This document shows, one piece after another, positions 59,184-64,000 of a stretch of 64,000 nucleotides of DNA. The number at the start of each line of letters is the position of its first letter. Position 1 is the stretch's first letter. The notes beneath the pieces were generated by a model. It was not told the DNA's origin and ran no database searches. It saw only the letters and a program-made list of their open reading frames with translations. The position numbers and the translations under genes were made by a program. Source of the DNA: an uncultured Actinomycetes bacterium (GTDB lineage: Bacteria; Actinomycetota; UBA4738; HRBIN12); the NCBI GenBank assembly GCA_963786805.1, contig CAWBAK010000004.1, positions 242,043 to 306,042 on the forward strand, read 5' to 3'.

Positions 59184-59452
59184 CGCCGGCGGCCCCGCGT
59201 GCGGTTGAGCTCGACGCGCCAGCACCCCTCGTGCCAGTGGCGTCGCTCGTCGGGTGCGTCCTGCGGCACGACGACGAGGTGCCAGGTGCCCGGCCGGATC
59301 TCCAGGTCGCATCCGGGGCACCGGTACGGTTTGTCGCCGGTGAGCCGCCGCACGTCGAACCCCGGCGCGAGCGCCCACGTCGGCGCCGCCGACTGCGGCA
59401 TCCCCGACTGCGGGGGCGGGTCCTCGGGCGCTCGCCGGTTCTTCCTCGGCAT
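59180..59452 (-). CDS. Small hypothetical zinc-ribbon-like protein (90 aa)
   Basis: MPRKNRRAPEDPPPQSGMPQSAAPTWALAPGFDVRRLTGDKPYRCPGCDLEIRPGTWHLVVVPQDAPDERRHWHEGCWRVELNRTRGRRR carries a CPGC...HWHEGC motif. The ATG overlaps the stop of the upstream hydrolase (TGATG) and its own stop overlaps the phosphatase ATG (ATGA), suggesting translational coupling. Confidence 0.45.
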   Translation of the reverse strand: MPRKNRRAPEDPPPQSGMPQSAAPTWALAPGFDVRRLTGDKPYRCPGCDLEIRPGTWHLVVVPQDAPDERRHWHEGCWRVELNRTRGRRR

Positions 59453-60142
59453 CAGCGCGCCTTCTTCTTCGCGGCGGCGGCGACCCGCAGGACGAACGGG
59501 GCGGCGCGTTCGGCGAGCGCCATGCCGATCTCGCGATCGTCCGCCTTGGCGCCGCCCACCTTGAAGGAGTGGCCACCGCCGTCCACGGGCTCGAGCGTGG
59601 CGCGGTCGCCGAGCTTTCGCACGACCTTCGCCAGCAGCGCCGGTGTCGCGAAGGGATCCTTCGTCCCCTGCACGAAGAGCATCGGCACCGTGATCCGGTA
59701 CAGGTGTTCGTCGCGGATCCGTTCCGGCTTGCCCGGGGGATGCAGCGGATAGCCGAGGAACACGAGCCCGTCGGCCGGCATGCCGTCGGCGACGCACATC
59801 GAGGCGATGCGCCCGCCGAGTGACTTCCCGCCGGCCAGCACCGCGCGGCCCCCCGCCTTCGACGTCGCCGCCGCGAAGACGGCGAGCCACGCATCGCCGA
59901 AGGACGCGCTCGGGGTCGGGCGCACGCTTCCCCCGCTCCACGTAGGGGAAGTTGAACCGGAGGGTCGAGACCCCGGCGTCCGCGATCGCACGGCCGAACC
60001 CTGCCATGAACGGATGGTCCATCCCCGCGCCGGCCCCGTGGGCCAGGACCAGGGTCGCGACCGACCCCTTCGGCGCGATCCACGCGGTGCTCACGTTCGT
60101 GCCGCCGACGTCGACCGTGCCCCGTACCTCCGGCGATGCCAT
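59452..60142 (-). pseudogene. Alpha/beta hydrolase (COG3571-like predicted hydrolase), frameshifted near 59914
   Basis: N-terminal frame: MASPEVRGTVDVGGTNVSTAWIAPKGSVATLVLAHGAGAGMDHPFMAGFGRAIADAGVSTLRFNFPYVERGKRAPDP. Downstream frame: SASFGDAWLAVFAAATSKAGGRAVLAGGKSLGGRIASMCVADG... (the GxSxG nucleophile elbow) ...PMLFVQGTKDPFATP...GGGHSF. Removal of a c from the gaCCCCgag run restores it. Confidence 0.65.
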
Positions 60143-60159
60143 GCCTAGAATCCTCGCAG

Positions 60160-60877
60160 ATGGCCGGAACCCTCTATCTGGGAACGTCGGGCTTCGCCTA
60201 CGACGAGTGGAAGCACGGCGTCTTCTACCCCGAGGGGCTGAAGAACCGCGAGATGCTCTCGTACTACGCGAGCCGGTTCCCCTCGGTCGAGATCAACTAC
60301 ACGTTCCGGCGCTTCCCGACCGAGAAGTCCATGGAAACGTGGAAGAGCCGAGACGCCGGAGGGGTTCCGGTTCACGCTCAAGGCGAACCAACGCATCACG
60401 CACTTCAAGACGGCTGCGCCGACGTGGACGAGGACGTCCGGGACTTCCTGGATCGCGCGAGGCTGCTCGGCGACCGGCTCGGGACGATCCTGTACCAGTG
60501 TCCTCCCACGCTGCAGTACGACCGGGCGCTGATCGAGGCGTTCGTCGGGTACCTGCCTCCGCAGCCGACGGCGGCGATGGAGTTCCGGCACCCCTCGTGG
60601 ATCGAGGCGAAGGAGCTGCTGTCCGAGCAGGGCATCGCCTGGTGCGTCGCCGAGACCGACGAGAAGGATCCCGGGCCCGAACGACCTGTCGTGGGAGCCG
60701 TTCGGGTTCCTCCGTCTGCGCAAGACGGAGTACGACGACGACGAGCTGTCCGCCTGGGCCGAACGCATCCGTCCCGTCCTCGACTCCGGCAACGACGTCT
60801 ACTGCTACTTCAAGCACGAGGACGAGGGCCACAGCACGAAGATGGCCGACCGCCTGCGCGCGACGCTCGCCGGCTAG
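60160..60877 (+). pseudogene. DUF72 family protein, with four single-base insertions (three within about 70 nt)
   Basis: Frame 1: MAGTLYLGTSGFAYDEWKHGVFYPEGLKNREMLSYYASRFPSVEINYTFRRFPTEKSMETWKSR. Then TPEGFRFTLKANQRITHFK in frame +1, about 5 codons in frame +2, then back to DVDEDVRDFLDRARLLGDRLGTILYQCPPTLQYDRALIEAFVGYLPP...EFRHPSWIEAKELLSEQGIAWCVAETDEKD. A fourth shift at about 60671 leads to ...PGPNDLSWEPFGFLRLRKTEYDDDELSAWAERIRPVLDSGNDVYCYFKHEDEGHSTKMADRLRATLAG*. Confidence 0.7.
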
Positions 60878-63361
60878 GTCGCGGGCGCGAGGCGAGCCTC
60901 GAGCGCGCGCTCGAGCTCCGCGATCCGCTCGGGATCGTCGACCTTGCGGCCGAGCTCGTCGCGGACGTAGAACGCGTCCACCACTCGCTCCCCGTACGTC
61001 GCGACCTTCGCGAGATGCACGTCGAGCTCGAGCTCGGCCAGCGTGCTCGTCACGTCGAACAGGAGGCCGATCCGATCGGGCGCCCCGACCTCGATCACCG
61101 TGAAGAAATCCGACGCGCCGTTGTCGACCGCGACGCGCACCGGAACGTCGTGACGCGGCGGCGGGTAGTGCTTGCGCTTCTCGCCGACCCGGTACGCGAG
61201 CGAGAGCCGGCCCTCGATCGCCCGCCGGAGCGTCCCGCGGAACTCGCGCCACCGCTCCTCCCCCACCTCGGCCTCGAACGCGCCCTCGACCTCGAAGACG
61301 TCCACGGCGACACCGTCGTCCGTCGTGAAGACCTGCGCGGTCAGGATCGACAACCCCGCGAGCGACAGCGCCCCGGCGATCATCGAGAGCAGCCCGGCGC
61401 GGTCGGCCGCCACGATGGTCACCGCGTACGTGCCCGGACGCGCGCCCGGCTCGGCATGGGTCCGAACGTCTCGGACCGTGATCGCCGGCGCGATCAGCGG
61501 GTACTGCCGCGCGATCCGTTCGGCCGGGAGCGCGAGCAGGTAGCTCCGGGGCATCCGCTCCAGGAAACGGTCGACGGCTTCGGCGGTCTCGGTTCCGAGT
61601 GCAGCTCTGATCGCGTCGACGCGTTCGGTCAAGCGCTCGGAGGTCTCCGCGCCGACATCGCCGCGCTCGAGCACGTGCTGAACCTTGGCGACGAGCTCGC
61701 GGACGAGCGTCGCCCGCCATGCGGTCCACGCGAGCGGTCCGGTCGCGCCGGCGTCGGCGATCGTCAGGAGGTAGAGCGCCGCGAGCCGTTCTGGATCGCC
61801 CACGCGCGCCGCGACCTCGAGCACGAGGTCCTCGTCGTCCAGGTCGCGGCGCGTCGCTGTGTCCGAGAGCAGGAGGTGCTCCGCGACCAGGAAGCCGGCG
61901 AGCGCCGAGGTCCCGTCGGGCACCCCCATCTGCGCGAGCGTCTCCTCCGCGATCGCGGCGCCGGCCGGAACGTGACCTCCACCGCCCGTCTTGCCGATGT
62001 CGTGGAGCAGCGCCCCGAGGCGGAGGGCCTGTGGGTCGCTCACGACGCGCACCGCCTCGGCGACGAGCGGCTCGGCGGCGTCGGGATCCTCGAGCAGGCG
62101 ATCCATCCCCTCGAGCGCGCTGCAGGAGGTGCACGTCGACGGAGAACCGGTGGTAGGGGTCGCGCTGGGGGCGGCATCGGACGGCCGACCACGCGGGAAG
62201 GAACCGGACGAGCGGCGCCCACCCGGTCGAGCGTCTCGAGCGCGCGGACGCCCTTCGGTCCCGGTGGCGAGGAGGTCCAGGAAGGCGTCGCGCACGTCGT
62301 CGGTCCAGTCGACGCGCTCGGGCAGCGCGGCGGCGTCGATCTGGTCGAGCGTTCCGGCCGGCATCACCCCGTGTTCGCTCGCCACCTGGACGAACGCGCG
62401 CAACACGCCCGCGGGTGTTGCTTCGATCGTCGACGGCCTCCGACGTCCCTCGCAGGTACCGGTCGAGGGCCGAGCGGGAGACGTGCTCGACCTGTCGCGC
62501 ATGCTCGAACACCGCGCGCATCAGCCCGTCGACGGCCGGGAGGGCCGGCTCGTCCTCGAACCCGAGGTGGCGGGCGACCGTCGGCTGCTGCTCGAGCACG
62601 ATCCGGTCGGTCGCGCGTCCGGTCTCGATGTGCAGGGCGCTGCGAACGCGCTCGAGGAACTCGTCCGCGGCGTCGACGGAACCGCGCTCGGCGGCGCGGA
62701 GCAGTCCCACGTCCTCGAGCGGCTCTCCGACGGCGGTCTCGAGCCACCGGAGCAGCTGGACGTCGCGGAGTCCTCCGGCGCCCTCCTTCAGGTCGGGCTC
62801 CAGGAGCGAGGAGACGGAACCGTGACGATCGGAGCGCGCGTCCGCGTCCGCGCGCAGCTGTTCGGCGAAGGCGCGGGGATCGCGCCGAACGTCATCGAGC
62901 ACCCGCCGTCGGGTGTCGTCCCACACCCGTTCGTCCCCGGCGAGGAGTCGGCCGTCGAGCATCGCCGTTCGAACGTCGAGCCGTTCGGCCGCGAGCGCCT
63001 CGGATGCCTCGGGCGTTCGGACACCGTGCCCGATCTGCAGTCCCGCGTCCCACAACGGGTACAGGAGCGACTCGGCGAGCTCGGATACCTCCTCGGGACG
63101 GTCGCCCTCGTGGGCGATCAGCAGATCGATATCGGAGTGCGGCGAGAGACGTCCCCGGCCGTAGCCGCCGAGCGCGACGAGGGCGACCCCCGCGGGCGGC
63201 GCGGCCGCTTCGAAGAGCGCTCGCAGACACCGATCCACCAGCTCGGCGCGCCGGCCGGCGGACCAACGGCCGTGATGACCGCGCGAGTAGGCGCGCTCGA
63301 GGGCGCCGAGCTCCTCGAGCAGCCGAGCGACGGGCGCCGGACGTTCGGCGTTGTCGGCCAT
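60874..63361 (-). pseudogene. glnD: [Protein-PII] uridylyltransferase/uridylyl-removing enzyme GlnD, with about 4 frameshifts in the central region
   Basis: The N-terminal NTase domain is intact: (...LGGYGRGRLSPHSDIDLLIAHEGD...LWDAGLQIGHGVRTP...). Shifts follow at about 62427, 62253, 62211 and 62118. Conserved segments appear in three frames (IEATPAGVLRAFVQVASEHGV.. / GVRALETLDRVGA / LVRFLPAWSAVRCRPQRDPYHRFSVDVHLLQ). An intact C-terminal region then follows, with the HD domain (LGALLHDIGK) and two ACT domains, to the stop at 60874. Confidence 0.8.
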
Positions 63362-63365
63362 CGCC

Positions 63366-63734
<369 letters not shown>

Positions 63735-63744
63735 CTAGCTTATG

Positions 63745-64000
63745 TCAGCGCGAAGCGTCTTCCCGCAGAAGCTTCTCGAAGAGGTGGAAGCTCCGGCGCT
63801 CGCGCATCCCCACCCTCTCGTAGAGCCGCGTCGCACCCGTCGGGTTCTCCGAGTCGACGTTCAACAGGACCGATCCCACCCCGAGCTCGGCGAACCCCTC
63901 GAAGCTGCGGAGCAGCAGGGCCTTCGCGATACCCCTGCCTCGCCAGGCGCGACGGACGGCGACGACGTCGATCCAGCCGGCACCCTCGACGAGGCGGCCG
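63745..64000 (-). CDS. GNAT family acetyltransferase, C-terminal part (gene continues beyond the window edge)
   Basis: Minus-strand translation: ...GWIDVVAVRRAWRGRGIAKALLLRSFEGFAELGVGSVLLNVDSENPTGATRLYERVGMRERRSFHLFEKLLREDASR*. Confidence 0.6.
   Translation of the reverse strand, partial: GRLVEGAGWIDVVAVRRAWRGRGIAKALLLRSFEGFAELGVGSVLLNVDSENPTGATRLYERVGMRERRSFHLFEKLLREDASR

Noticed and set aside
60293-63361. 1022-aa single ORF suggesting a giant protein
   Set aside because: Only its first about 310 codons (GlnD NTase) are genuine. The rest is an Arg-rich alternate frame running through the real glnD C-terminal half and the convergent DUF72 gene.

Overview
This is a high-GC (~70%) actinobacterial-type chromosomal segment, densely packed with housekeeping genes. 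Markers pointing to Actinobacteria are Bpa/PafE (GQYL C-terminus), SigR-RsrA, an LmbE-like deacetylase, PII-GlnD, and a UPF0182 protein next to a YlbL-like PDZ-Lon protein. I annotate about 65 protein genes and two tRNAs: tRNA-Arg(CCG) and an initiator-like tRNA-Met(CAT). I see no transposases, integrases, CRISPR arrays or phage genes; this looks like core genome. The notable content is: (1) a hom-thrC-thrB operon, argS, pyrD/pyrE, tkt, ftsH, mreB-moaE, aroG and upp; (2) two ABC uptake systems (PotABCD-like with two substrate-binding proteins, and a BMP/PnrA-type nucleoside importer) plus a fused MsbA-like exporter; (3) a 1297-aa secreted phosphodiesterase/5'-nucleotidase fusion beside upp and the nucleoside importer, suggesting an extracellular nucleotide-salvage locus; (4) a previously unannotated 17-codon aromatic-rich leader peptide (MQASFGFGWFYGGPGPA) followed by an intrinsic terminator just upstream of the DAHP synthase gene, which reads as a ribosome-mediated attenuator; (5) at least ~22 single-nucleotide frameshifts, almost all +1 insertions, that interrupt otherwise well-conserved genes and cluster in the UPF0182 gene, glnD and a DUF72 gene. 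These are either sequencing/assembly indels or real pseudogenisation. Many long ORFs in the supplied track are arginine-rich antisense artefacts of GC-rich DNA, and I reject them. All coordinates were derived by counting from the ORF track and by hand translation, so they may be off by 1-3 nt.
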